Source: Chara braunii (Eukaryota; Plantae; Charophyceae). Taken from it: a stretch of 64,000 bases of DNA. Made by a program: the position numbers and the translations under genes. Below the pieces are notes generated by a model. That model had not been told where the DNA came from, did not search any database, and saw nothing but the letters and a program-made list of their open reading frames with translations. The stretch spans positions 314,915 through 378,914 of the forward strand of contig BFEA01000011.1 in the NCBI GenBank assembly GCA_003427395.1, given 5' to 3'. How positions within the stretch are numbered: the stretch's first letter is position 1; every line of letters begins with the position of its first letter. This document shows positions 14,015 through 25,177 of the stretch, one piece after another.

Positions 14015-14709
14015 AGCAGTTAGGAAAGGAAGTGCATAGAGCAGAAGGAACGGAGTGCCAAGACTGGTCCGGGAGCTGCGGTGCTGTTGCAGATTGTTAC
14101 TTGCTAGAAGATCTGCCACCAACTGAGGTACTGACCGATCCACCGTGTAAGGCAACTGCAAGGCTAGCTGCAGGGGAGGCGAACCAGGCGTGTCAGCCAA
14201 AGTACTGTTCAGCTATCAAAAGAGGGTAGCGGGGAATAAGCCATTGGGCAGTATACCTACCGGAGGTGCTTGGATATTGCCCGACCAGTTACATGGCGAC
14301 CAAGAAGAAATGTGAACTCGAGGGAGCGATCGGATAGCGTAAGAGGAATTCGCTGTTGCGTCGGCTGTGCGTCTTGGGTGTTGCAGTATCCGGTGGTGCT
14401 CAGTTGGTTTTCGCCCTGCGTCTTGCCTTGCCTGAGCTTTTTGGGGGAGCGGTTGGCGTGCAATTAGCCTTGTCATACCATTTTGCTGCGCGAACTGTTT
14501 TTTTTTTGGGTCTTTAATGTCTGTCTAGCTGCTGTTCTAGTAAGGTGTGAGGGAAGTGGTTGGACCGAAGGGAAAAACTGTTGTCGTAGCTTAAAGGCGT
14601 GGTGGCGAGAGGGGATACCGCTACGATTCGGGAGTACGTAAGGACGGTCTGTATTGAAAACAGCTTGATTGAAGGTCGACCGGGTTGCTACGCACATTGG
14701 CCATCATTG

Positions 14710-14962
14710 AGGGGCCCTCAGGCGACTGAAGGTTTTAAGGCCCTCTCCTGCGAGTCTGAGAGCACCTTTCTTGGATCTGAGAGACTCAAACTTTCTTCCT
14801 CTGCCTTTCTGACTCTCAGTCTAGTCTTTGGTTACGAGAGGAAGGCGGCAGGCGGGATTGCAACCCGTAGGACCGCAGCAAGGCCTACGTGGGAGGTTAC
14901 CCCACCGATTGCGGGAGCTCTGCCGAACTCTGGAGGAATTCTGGAGGCAGGGGACAGAAAGG
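14710..14962 (+). ncRNA. Conserved structured RNA domain in LTR (multi-hairpin, candidate pseudoknot)
   Basis: Best-conserved block between family 1 and family 2 (63457-63710), with compensatory and G-U-preserving changes (see findings). Confidence 0.6.
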
Positions 14963-15234
14963 TAACCTTCCATTTCCCTCTATAAACCCCAGTTATAACC
15001 CATATCTGTACTACCCATTGCATGTTCTGACTGAATATATGGCAGGCACCCCTACTTTGACTTTTTGGTTTGACCTTCAGAATATGAATCAGACTAAATA
15101 AAAGAATGTATGTGTAATCTCAGCTTCAGTTTTGTTGATTGCCTGAACGCAGATTGTGAACAAAAGAGAATTGTATTTGGGGGGGAAGGTTGGGAGGAAT
15201 GCAGTATTGCTTTAAAATTTGACTGGGTCATTAA

Positions 15235-16160
15235 GGTTGGGAAGTCCCCAAATGTTTTGGGAGACCCAGTGCTATGTTTTATTTTGGATTGTGTGGAGCG
15301 TCAGACCGTTCTATAAGTTTAGGTGGTCTGATTGCTCTGGAGGCTGGGAAGTCCCAAAAGTTTGGGGAGACCCGGTGTTGTGGGATTGCCTTGAGGACCA
15401 TATTGTTCTATAAGTTTAGGTGGTCTGGTTGCTCTGACTTGCGAGGGCGGTTTGTGATTGACTTCTTCAGGGGCCAAGTGCATTATGTAAGTTCAGGTGT
15501 CTTGGTTGCCTTGGTTATCTTGAGTTTTTCTCTGTTTATTTGGTTTTGAACGAGGAGGTCTGAGCCGTTCTATAAAGTTAGGTGGCTTAGCCTCTTCCTG
15601 CTTTACTTTGAGAAAATGAACTTGACAAAGGGCAGACCAGACCGTTCTGTAAGTTCAGGTGGTCTAGCCCAATGCCACTCATAGCTGGATCAAAGAGAAA
15701 TGAATCAGGCAGAGAGTCGGACTGTTCTGTAAGTTCAGGTGGTCTGCCTGTAAGCCCATACACGTTGGAACCCAAGGTTATAATTTGACTATATTTTATT
15801 ATTATTCTACTTATGAACAAGCTGATCAGACTGTTCTATAAGTTTAGGTGGTCTGACTATAGCTTATCGCAACCTGAAGAGAATATAATTAAGAGTATAA
15901 TTGAAGGTAACTTGGAACGACTGTGCATTATTTCTAAGATGAATGACTCAGTCCTACGCCCGCTTTGAAGATTAAGTTCAAAGAGGTATATATAATCTCG
16001 TTACTTAAACAGTTCAGGGCGACTAGAATGGTCTAGTCGTACGCCCAAAGAAGAGAAAAGTTGTGCTACATTGGCTAAGTTGGACTCATTCCATAAGTTT
16101 GGGTAACCGGACTTTAGGTCTAGCTAAGGTAAGGTTCATTCCATAAGTTTGGGTGTCCTG
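15235..16160 (+). repeat. Array of about 11 spaced hairpin repeats with a (T/A)AAGTT hexaloop
   Basis: Loops at about 15250, 15314, 15357, 15411, 15488, 15573, 15650, 15730, 15839, 16094 and 16144. Same array at 4780-5715 (-), 29045-29435 (+, truncated) and 46775-47710 (-). Confidence 0.8.
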
Positions 16161-16429
16161 ACCTTATGCATTATGTATGCTGGGTATAAGGGGTTGAATC
16201 ATTGAAAGACTATGAACTATTGCTTGATAAGTGAACTTGGGATGGTGAGAGTACTTACCCTTGTGGTTTGGCCTGCAAATGACTGGGTGAGGCCACTACT
16301 TAGTCTGAGTTTCAGTTTGACAGGTAGTTGCTTTAGTTGCTCGCCACGTGCTGGAGTTATAGGAGTTAGTTCAATTCCTGCATTTTCTGAGCTAACTTTA
16401 TTTTACTTAGATCAATTCTCGTTTTGTAT

Positions 16430-16720
16430 AAATTTTGGTAAGCTACTTTCTCTACGGGAAGCGCTGCCGAAATTTATGCAAATCCAAAGAGTTAGTCAAA
16501 TTTTGACTTTGCAAAGTTCAACTTGTCTAAAGTTCATATATGGCTTAGGAAAAATCTGGAAAGTATTTTTTTCTAAAGGGAGTGCTACCCAATTTTTTGC
16601 TAATTCAGGGAGTTACAAAAATTGGATTTTGAAAAGTCGAAGATTATTTTTGCGTTCATATTAAGGTTGATATAAATTCTGGAAAGACGCTTTTCATACG
16701 GGAAGCGCTGCCAAAATTCT
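16430..16720 (+). repeat. Three ~120-bp-spaced long-hairpin repeats (GGGAAGCGCTGCCGAAATT motif)
   Basis: Units near 16430-16475, 16550-16597 and 16673-16720. Also at 4192-4480 and 46187-46475. Deleted in LTR c. Confidence 0.7.
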
Positions 16721-18300
16721 CTTAGTTTAAAGGAGATACATTATATTTTGACAGGTCGCGGTTCTGGCGATCCACCTTGAATAGGAGAGATTCTGCATAA
16801 GTCTACCTTTGCTTTGGACACTTGTTTGGAGGTAGGCTTAGGCTTAGTTAATTAGGATGATTTGAGTGAGATCATGCTATGGATGTTAATTCTTCATAGA
16901 TTTATAGACTTAGCTTGGGATTGACCTATCTTGTCTTACAGGTCTTCTTGATCGATTGATTCCAAATTTAAGCTAGTTTCAACTTGATCCTATAAGGATC
17001 ATCTTCTGTTATCACTGATAACAGGTCGGTTGCCGATTCGTCGGTGTACGATTTAACTCCAATCCACTCTTGTCACTCAACCTAAAAGACTTTAGCCCTG
17101 TGGTTTGAACTGTTTCATTGTGTTTTCACTCGGACTTTATTGAATGACCATTTAACAAAAGTACTGAGTATTTACTTCGGGGAGTTGCACAAGAGTGAGG
17201 TTTGTATACCTAAAGGAAGGGGTATGAGCATAGAAAATGGTTGAAGTTGACCCCGTGTAGTGCGTTGACTTTTGTTGGATTTTTGATGTGATTGCAGGTA
17301 TGTTTGTGGTTCGGACTCTTGATTTGATTTGCCTGTGATCACATACATATATACAGCTGAAAGGAGCCCCACTGTGACTGTGAGAAGTGATTGTCCTGTA
17401 TTAATAACCCTCTATATATATGTATGTATGTGTATATATACATCTTCAGTGTTTCGTGCGGCGTACTATGACCGTGTGTAAGGGTTGAACAGATTATGCG
17501 TTGAGGAAGAAGGGAGATTCCCTCTTTCCCTTTACATTTTAGAGTTTTTATAGTTGGACGTTGTAGTTCGCGACAGCTGTCAAAGTCAAACCGTTTGACT
17601 TCTCTCCAGACCCCAGATGATGGAGCTGGTCTCCAGGGCAATAAGAGACAATTGCCACCACAGGTATGAACCTGTGTACCACGCACTCTTCGCAGGGTGC
17701 AGAAGAGGGTGTGGTTCTCAACCGCACTTGGTGGTTCTCCAGCATCGAGAGATTAACCCTCAAGGCGCGTGTCAGCCGACACTTGAGTGTCGAGTGCGAT
17801 CCTCGAGGTTAACGAGGACCGCATGAGTATGGGTACTACATAGTACGCCATTATTGCGACCGCTTGCATTACGAGTCGATATGAGTTAGCCCTGCGTCCT
17901 CGCGGTCTTATACTAAGTCTCGCACGTGACGCCTTTCCGATTTCCGCATTGGAAAGTTATGGGATGGCTACTGAAGGGACTAGGAGTGTTGTCGCGTTGT
18001 TTGATGTGTGTGTGTGTGTGTTTTATTTTTTTGTCTTCGTAGTGTTCGTAGTGTGGTGTGCGTGTGGTGTGCGTGTGGTGAGTGGGATACGTCCTAGTCG
18101 ACCGACGACGGGCCTCGCTTCGGACTTCAGGCCCCCAAGATGCCGGTTCGCGTGCGGGTCCGATAGAGGCGTACTACCGCGTGTACCCCTTATGCTACAA
18201 CGAAGGCGAAACGCCCTCGGCTGGTCCACCTCGACGATTGCAACTGATCAGCTTTCGTGCTGTGGACTGGTAACTCGACGGGGATACGCCCACCGAGTGG

Positions 18301-18308
18301 AGGTAAGT
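18301..18308 (+). promoter_or_regulatory. Candidate splice donor AG|GTAAGT about 190 nt before the LTR end
   Basis: Perfect consensus in LTRs b, d and x. AGGCAAGT in c, ACGTAAGT in a. Confidence 0.4.
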
Positions 18309-18493
18309 CGTGCCTTGAGTAGGCCCTATCCTGTCATAGGGGCTCGCGCGAGGTATGGCTAGCGCACTCGGCTAGAGCGGCTTGCAGAAACTCCATGTAT
18401 ATTTGTGACGAAAAAATAGACCAACTCCTACGTGACGAGGCAGGGAAGGTCCCGCGCTGCCTTGTGCGGTCCCGAACCGATGCGCTCGACAGG

Positions 18494-18511
18494 TGGCGCC
18501 GTTGTCGGGGA
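18494..18511 (+). promoter_or_regulatory. Primer binding site (tRNA-Asp)
   Basis: TGGCGCCGTTGTCGGGGA, 2 nt after the LTR-terminal CGACA. Confidence 0.9.
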
Positions 18512-19289
18512 TAACGGTTGTCTGCCGTTGTCCCTGGTGGAACAAAATCGAAGTATGAGAATGTGAGAACTACACAAGGTGAGAAGTTTTTGGGCTTTAT
18601 GGTTAAGTGATTGAAGGTGTTGGATAGAAAGCGAGTGCAGTGAGGGTTGATTGTGTGAGTGGGTTCTCGTTGGTGCAGTGAGGATGGCGTGAGCGGGATA
18701 AGTTTTCACTATGCTCTTACGTACCCTGACTAGCATGATGACAGTTGGAGTTGAGTACGGTTTTAGACCCTGATAGCTGACTGGCTCGGACGATGCTTTG
18801 CCTAGTTGATATGGTTGTGGTGAAATAAGATGATACGAATGTAACTGGGCATGTTGGTTGAGGGATTTTGCCTCATAAGGTACCCATTATGGCTAAGGGG
18901 AGTTATACGAGCGGTTAAGAGTGCAATAGGGTACTTAAGCTTTAGAGCAAGGCATAGGATGAGTAAAGGAACCCTATTATGTTAGAAGTCATCAAGGGAC
19001 TTCGAGGAGAGTTAGACTAAGGATGTTGAAAGCATGTATGAGTATGGATTGGGATCCTAAAGTCTGGGTTCTAAGCAGTTACTCGTGTTGTATAGCCATG
19101 GAAGTCTGAGGTCTGTCTCGCGTGGTATGTTTGAATAAGGTGTATAAGGCAGTAAAGAGATGCAATGAGCACCGTGTTAAGGCCTCAATAAAAAAGGCTA
19201 CGGGGAGTATTGGATTTGCATGACGCCTGTCCCTATAAAGGAGGGTATCTGATCCTAGAGGCAGGAGGAGTAGCAGTAAAGAAGCTATC

Positions 19290-20230
19290 ACCTAGATTAT
19301 TTTGCTTACTTTTGATGGGGCAATGAATTGTAATTGGTGTTTAGACTTTCGCTTGAACCTTTTCAGGTTTGGGCCATCCGCTTGAATCTATGGGGTTGGG
19401 GCTAAGGACTTGAGACTATTCTTGTTTTTAGGGCATTTCTCTTGAGTTCTATATTGAACTCATTCGTATATGCCAGATTTTACCTGAGTAAGCATGCCTG
19501 ACGTCTATTTGTGTGAGACTATGTGCCGGATGATTGTATTCATTCGATAATTATCCTTGTCAGAAATATTCACATACGCCATGTATTTGAAGTATTTATT
19601 TGAACTATTTAGTCTGTAAGAATTTATATGAGTGTCGCAAGTCCAATTATCGGCTTATGGCTATTTGTTAAATGTGGGTGTTTGGACTGCTCCTCAAAGA
19701 AGGGTAGAGGCGCTGCGCAAAATCCACGTCTGATGCAGATTCAGGGGTGAATCCCCAACTATTGTTGTGTCAAGTGGAGTCACCAGCGCAGGACGGGGTG
19801 ACACGACCCTGATCGTGTATGGTGAGGTTGTTTGTTTATTGGCAAGGGGATGCAAGGAACGGACCCCAGAATCAGAAGGAGAAGCAGTGAGGCTTGATCC
19901 TTGAGTGGAACTCTGAGATTTAAGATGCTATCCCTTCTGAAAAGGATTACACTGCCCCTCGCCACAGTACACTTTTGTCAAAGCCTGGGGAGTAAAGTGT
20001 GGTGCTCTCGCCAATATTATGCCTTAGAGTACTAACCGTTGGCAGTTATATCTTTGATCATAATGTCCATATCATGTGTTATGCCTGTTGATATAGGTGT
20101 GTCGTTATGAGGTATTTGTATATGCTTTGAGTAGTTGACTAGCTTGTGTATGATGTATCTGATTACTATGGGTATCATTGTGGTTAGTTATTATGGTAAT
20201 GTATCGTTTTCCATGAGTATTGTATATATG
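19290..20230 (+). pseudogene. Possible protease/RT remnants of pol, extremely decayed
   Basis: ILLTFDGAMNC (compare retropepsin LxDSGA) near 19300 and VMP...LCMMYL (compare VMPFGL...YLDD) near 20078-20165. Order fits gypsy pol, but no catalytic motif is intact. Confidence 0.3.
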
Positions 20231-20466
20231 AATTTTAATATTTATAAATACTATATTATCGAGATATATTACCAGTACTATTGTCATCTAAGCAGGGTGG
20301 TTGTAAACACTGGATAGGAGGCAATTTAGGGAAAGATGATATGAAGCCGAGTCTTCAAGGGTGGGGATTGTATATTGTGATCGTCAGCATGGTAACGGAA
20401 GGCGTATGCTGGGCGTTTTTTTTTGTGTGATGGGCAGAACCCAGACCAGAGCAAAGGCAACTCAGG

Positions 20467-21393
20467 ATGCCTTATGCTAGGGAAGATCTCAGTGTGGCCT
20501 TTCCTGTTAAAAGGGAAGAAGGACTCGAGGAATCCTTGCCGAGGAGAGTCAAGGAAGGAGAGTATATCTCTTCCTGGTGGGGCGCACTGATAGGAAGGGT
20601 ATCTTCATCTGGATCGAGTCTGGGTTTGATGATGATGAAGATTGTGCGATCGTAAGGGTAACCCTGTACGCATCTTCCTCGTTTTGGGGCAAGCATGGGG
20701 TCGAGTTGGCACTTGGACACGGGAGCATGCTTGCAGGGCCACTAAGGGTAGCTGAGGGGGCTACAAAAAAATGGGCAAGGGACAGGGTCCATGAAGGGGA
20801 AGAGCGAGTTGTGACCCATGTAGAAGTCAAACGTGTCGATGAGTTTAGGCTTCCTTCTGCCCCATTACGAATCGGGCTGCTTGAATTTTTGAGAGAAGGT
20901 TAACCAACCACTATTGTTCAGACCCATTTATAACAAAACCAGACAGTCATTTTAACAACACTTCACACCAATCTATAGAGTGCACTTCTTACGACCCCAT
21001 CACAGAAAAAAACCCTAAAAAAAACAATTAAAAATACATAAAACAGCAAGCCAAAGGTGCATTTCTATTAAATTTGGTATAAAAAAAACTCGACCAATTT
21101 CAGAAATTTCTTCAGGCCTGAAAACCGGATGCCCCGTTAACCTCTTAGAGGACTGTTTCGGGGGACAGGAAAGGGTAGAGGTTGCAGCAGAAGCCGCCGT
21201 GAGGGCGCGAGAATGGAGGTACCCAGGATACACGTGCGAGCTGATATATGGGTTGTACTTGGACCAGAGATTTTCGCCCTATAGCCAAAAACTCAGGAAC
21301 GTAGGCAATGTGGTCGACACCTATGCGAGCTCCCATGATCTTGATGGGGTGGTTGTAGACCGGGATGAGGTCCGTGTGGTGGCTGGCCGATAG
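20467..21393 (+). pseudogene. ORF-X copy (unknown protein), disrupted by a frameshift and a MITE
   Basis: Same ATG (MPYARED) and same stop (VVAGR*) as 41792-42466. Confidence 0.65.
20892..21145. mobile_element. ~254-bp MITE-like insertion
   Basis: Absent from the two paralogous sites. Inverted AGGTTAAC/GTTAACCT near the ends. No clear TSD. Confidence 0.7.
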
Positions 21394-21900
21394 AGGGTGG
21401 CCTTGTATCCTACCAGAGTGTGTCCTTTATGGCCTTGTGCACATAGGTGGGTATGAGAGCAGGGTTGGTAGACTAATCGATTGTGTGAACTGAACACCTA
21501 TGTTTTAGTCGGCAGGGTCATGAGGGTATGTCGAATGGGCCGTGAGGCATGTATATATGTATTTTAGTGCATGGGGTGTATGTACCGGATCCTAGGTAGG
21601 CTTGCTCTCGAACCTTGTGTATTCCCAAGGGATAGGTTGGTTAGAGTAGAAGCCGGGATCTCGCCTATGATATGAGTACAGGATCAGTAACGCTTCGATG
21701 ATTGTCCGCCTAAGCCTTACTTTGAGCGCCCTGCCGATGTGAGGTGTATATTGTCTATAATTAAGGTCATATGGCGTGGATGGAAAGAGGGATGGTGTGA
21801 GTTGAGCATTAGTCATCTCTACTAGCCTCATGTTTGAGTTTTTGGCATTACAACCTGATGATCAATTACTTGTCGTGTGTGCCAGGCCGGTACCAGCATC

Positions 21901-23720
21901 ATGGCCGAAGAAAGTGATTTCGCCAAAATCCTACTCTGGAGGAGCGCGTGCCTCAGTAAAGTGCTACTGTGCGAGTCATTGAGCGACTCGATGCTCCCAG
22001 AACTTTGTGCCCTGCTGTTTCAGGAAAGAAATCTGTCTGCCTTCCTGTGTGGCTATCATGACTTCAGTCTCGTGAAGAGGTGAGACAAGAAGGCGATGTG
22101 GAGCATGTTACCAATGTTTGTCTGAAAGAGTTGAGTGAGGAGGTGTATACCCCTGTGTAACCATTTGAACGCTGTAAACGTGCGTTCGCGTTCAAATGTG
22201 CGTTTGAACGCGGATTTAAATTCTCGTTCAAAATTGAACGGCGTTCAATTTTTTTTTAATTTTTTTTTAAATCATTTCGATGTCTAAAAATAACTTTTTT
22301 TTCTGATTTTGTTTTTAGGAGTTCTGTATAATGGCGGTGTCAAATTGTGTTCGCTCACTTATTTCAATTCTTTTTTTTCTACTTTTCTATTTTTTGTTTT
22401 CTATTTTTTTTTTCCAATTTGGTAACGAATTTAGATGTAATGCTCAGGCAAATGTTGTTTATTTTATTTTTCTCCATAACATTTTTTTTTTTCCAGAAGT
22501 TTTTGAGTTTTGTTTTTGTTTTTTTTTCCCCCCCGAGTGGAATTGAACTCCACGTTCGGTCCCGTTCATTGAACGCATGTGCATTCCGTCCAGTTTCTGA
22601 ACGGAAAACCCGCGTTCAATGAACGCGCGATTTCACAGGTATACCCTTATGCTAAAGTCGCAGACCTGGGACGAGCTGGAAAGTTTTCTAAAGTTGAGAT
22701 TTCCAGAGGATGGAGCGGAAGACCAGCTTGGTGAAGGCCTTGAGCAACCAGCTGGGGTTACGTCAACACAAGGTGAGCTGAGTGGTATACAGAGGCAAGT
22801 TGGGATGCTAGAAGAGAGCTTGACGTGATTGGAAGAAGCCAGGCGTGGCAAGAGGAAGGCCTCTGAAGGAGCATCCAGTGGGCCGGCTGGGCAGGATGAG
22901 GCAGAGGCAAGGGGAGATCATCATAAGTTACTCCTCCACAAGGGAACCTCGAAGGGGCGAGCCTGCGCCCCGGAAAGAGGCGAAGGCGAGGGATTCATTG
23001 AGATAAAGGGGGAGCGGGGAGCTAGTGCGGCCCTGCCTGTCATTGCGCCTGATCCGAAGAGAGGGCTCATTAACGTGGAAGCATCCTCAGCTGGGGGGCG
23101 GAGAGAGCAAAAGAGCAGGTGGTGGCGAGAGCACCAGGCGAAGATAGTATGTGATCGTTCTGGAAAAATTGGTCATGCCCCTCGAGGGTGTAAAGGAAAG
23201 GGGGTGACAGGGGTAAGAGGAAAGCCTGAGCCTCCCAAGTTGACGAAGGCTCAGTGGAAGGCGAGGAATCGGGCCTAAGGGAGCCAAGGTATCGGAAAGG
23301 GGCAGGGCCCGCGACAGCAAGGGGCCACCCCGTAAGAGTTGAGAGGCAAACCATCACAGGGAGGGCCCCCGCCAACTGAGCTGGCACTATACGGGCCGTG
23401 GACACCATACGGTCAAGTGGGACCAAGGCCTATTTATAATCAATATCTGCCCTGAATACAAGGCATTTGTTTGGGCCCACAAATAAGTATGATACCGCCT
23501 AGGCCTCCCGCAGTCCAGATTCGGCCAACTCTGCCTATGAGACTGTTGCAGCCATCGACAAAGCGGGTGCCACAAGGCGACATGGCCGGTGCAAAAAGCC
23601 AGAGGCGGGAAGCTGGGAGAGGCCGCGGGGATGGAGGGCGCAACAATAGAGGACGAGGTAGCGGCAGGGGAGGCACTGGAGGGCACGATAGATGCCAGCG
23701 GAACCACAAGGGGGATATGG
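21901..23720 (+). pseudogene. gag: Gag-like ORF copy (stops, MITE insertion, 3' deletion)
   Basis: MAEESDF start, decayed knuckle CDRSGKIGHAPRGC, RGG-rich tail. Confidence 0.7.
22153..22638. mobile_element. 486-bp MITE, 8-bp TSD GTATACCC
   Basis: TSD at 22145-22152 and 22639-22646. Termini CTGTGTAA/TTTCACAG. Many subterminal GAACGC motifs. Empty site at 34491. Confidence 0.9.
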
Positions 23721-25177
23721 CTCTGAGACTTGAATACTTATCATGCGGAAACAACTCAACCACGATTGAATCCATTACCCATAAGCAGGTCCCTCACTTT
23801 GAGTTGTTTCGTGGTTGAGTTGTGGACAGGACCCGTGAGTAGGTCCTTTGGTTTGAGTTATTTTATGGTTGAGACCCCTTCAGATTAAGGAAGATGGTAG
23901 TGTTGTTTATTGAAAGACTCGTCTTCAGAAGGAAGGTGTCTTAAAAAGGGTCGCGTGATAGCTCATCCTAGAAAGAGAGGGATGGCTGGGAGACCCATTG
24001 ATGAGAGACCTCCTTCGTGTGAAGGGTGGTTAATGGATTTAAGGGCATGGTAAGACAAGTTTGAAATGATAAAGTCTGACGAGAACAACCAGAAAAAACA
24101 GTTTAAATGGTATTGAGCGTGTCGCAAAGCAGTACATTTGGTAGATGTCATCGGGATGTGTGGTTTACTGTCTCTGATCAAGTCAAGGGGTCACGGTCCA
24201 AGTGAACCTGGCGGTGGTTCTGTTTATGATTGTGAGAACGGTGTCGTGCTCTCTATGTTGTCTCATAGGGAGCTGGTATACGCCTTAAGGTGAGAGAGAA
24301 CCCTGCGTAGTCTCGCAGTGGGCCTGTAGTTTGTTGCGACACACTGCCCGGACACTTGTGCTAATCCTGGGGCATTTTAAGGAAGACCAAGCTAGACGGT
24401 AGAGGATAGCACCTCTAGGTCGCAACCCCTAGTGGATGGCTGCTTGCCAGCACAACCTGGTAGCGGACGCTCGTCTACCAAAGGGGTACGAGTTTAACGG
24501 GTTATGCACGCCTCACGAAATTACTCCGATGGGATGGCGGGGGATACGAGTCGAGTCTGTTTGGAAGTCCTGATTGAATGCTTATCAGGAGAAAATTTAT
24601 TGTTGCTTAACCAGCGAGGGAACTGTCGTTAAGATAACAATGCGGTAGGTCGTAGATCTGGCTCGATCAACCAGACTATGGTGGGCCAGGATGGAGACCT
24701 AACATTTTTGTAGTAGACTGCAGAAAGAGCTGAGATGAGATTAAGTATACATATACATATGCGTTTGATTGTGAGGATTTTCGGAGGGAAGCGAGATGAT
24801 GCCTTCTAAGGTCACATTTAAGGCCCGCGTCCCTGGGGAGGGCTCTGCTTACGAGGAAGAGCCTAACAGGGGCACTCAACGAGAAGCCGACGTTTGTCTA
24901 GGACGAAAGGGAGAGGACGGTTTGAGAAGGCCTTTGGAACTTATTCTTTAGTATTGATGCGTAATACACCGGTGTCCTAATGCCAGGGCAATGGAAACCC
25001 AGGTTGAAACCTAGCAGCATACAGTTGTGTGGGCACAGGTTGTTGGAGGCCGCTAACCTGAGTCTGTCGGCTAATCGGATTGGTTCCTTTCTCGTCAGCA
25101 TTTGGGGTTTTGGATGGATTTATAGTTTTCTGATTTGGCGGAGCGACGGGGACATCGCTTAATATGGTCCGGTAAGC

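Larger units (their letters stand above)
12113..18491 (+). repeat. LTR b, main part (LTR position ~840 to end)
   Basis: Reverse complement of 8673-2386. Ends GCGCTCGACA before the PBS. Confidence 0.9.
18492..25177 (+). mobile_element. Internal region 2 (two MITE insertions, ~1.4-kb deletion at 23720)
   Basis: Collinear with 31116-35570 and with the reverse complement of 36551-44412. Jumps from the Gag end into the 3' region. Confidence 0.85.

Noticed and set aside
14847-14924. Canonical HDV-like ribozyme or tRNA gene
   Set aside because: Only about 6 nt where P3/L3 should be. On the other strand the T-loop-like TTGCAAT lacks TTCRA and there is no D-arm/A-box.
15235-16160. CRISPR array
   Set aside because: Repeats are degenerate, spacing is irregular, spacers are the same in every LTR copy, there are no cas genes, and the context is a eukaryotic LTR.
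20105-20287. VIYLDNIV as an RT YxDD motif
   Set aside because: Antisense to the PBS and gag, second Asp missing, no flanking RT motifs. Probably chance in AT-rich DNA.
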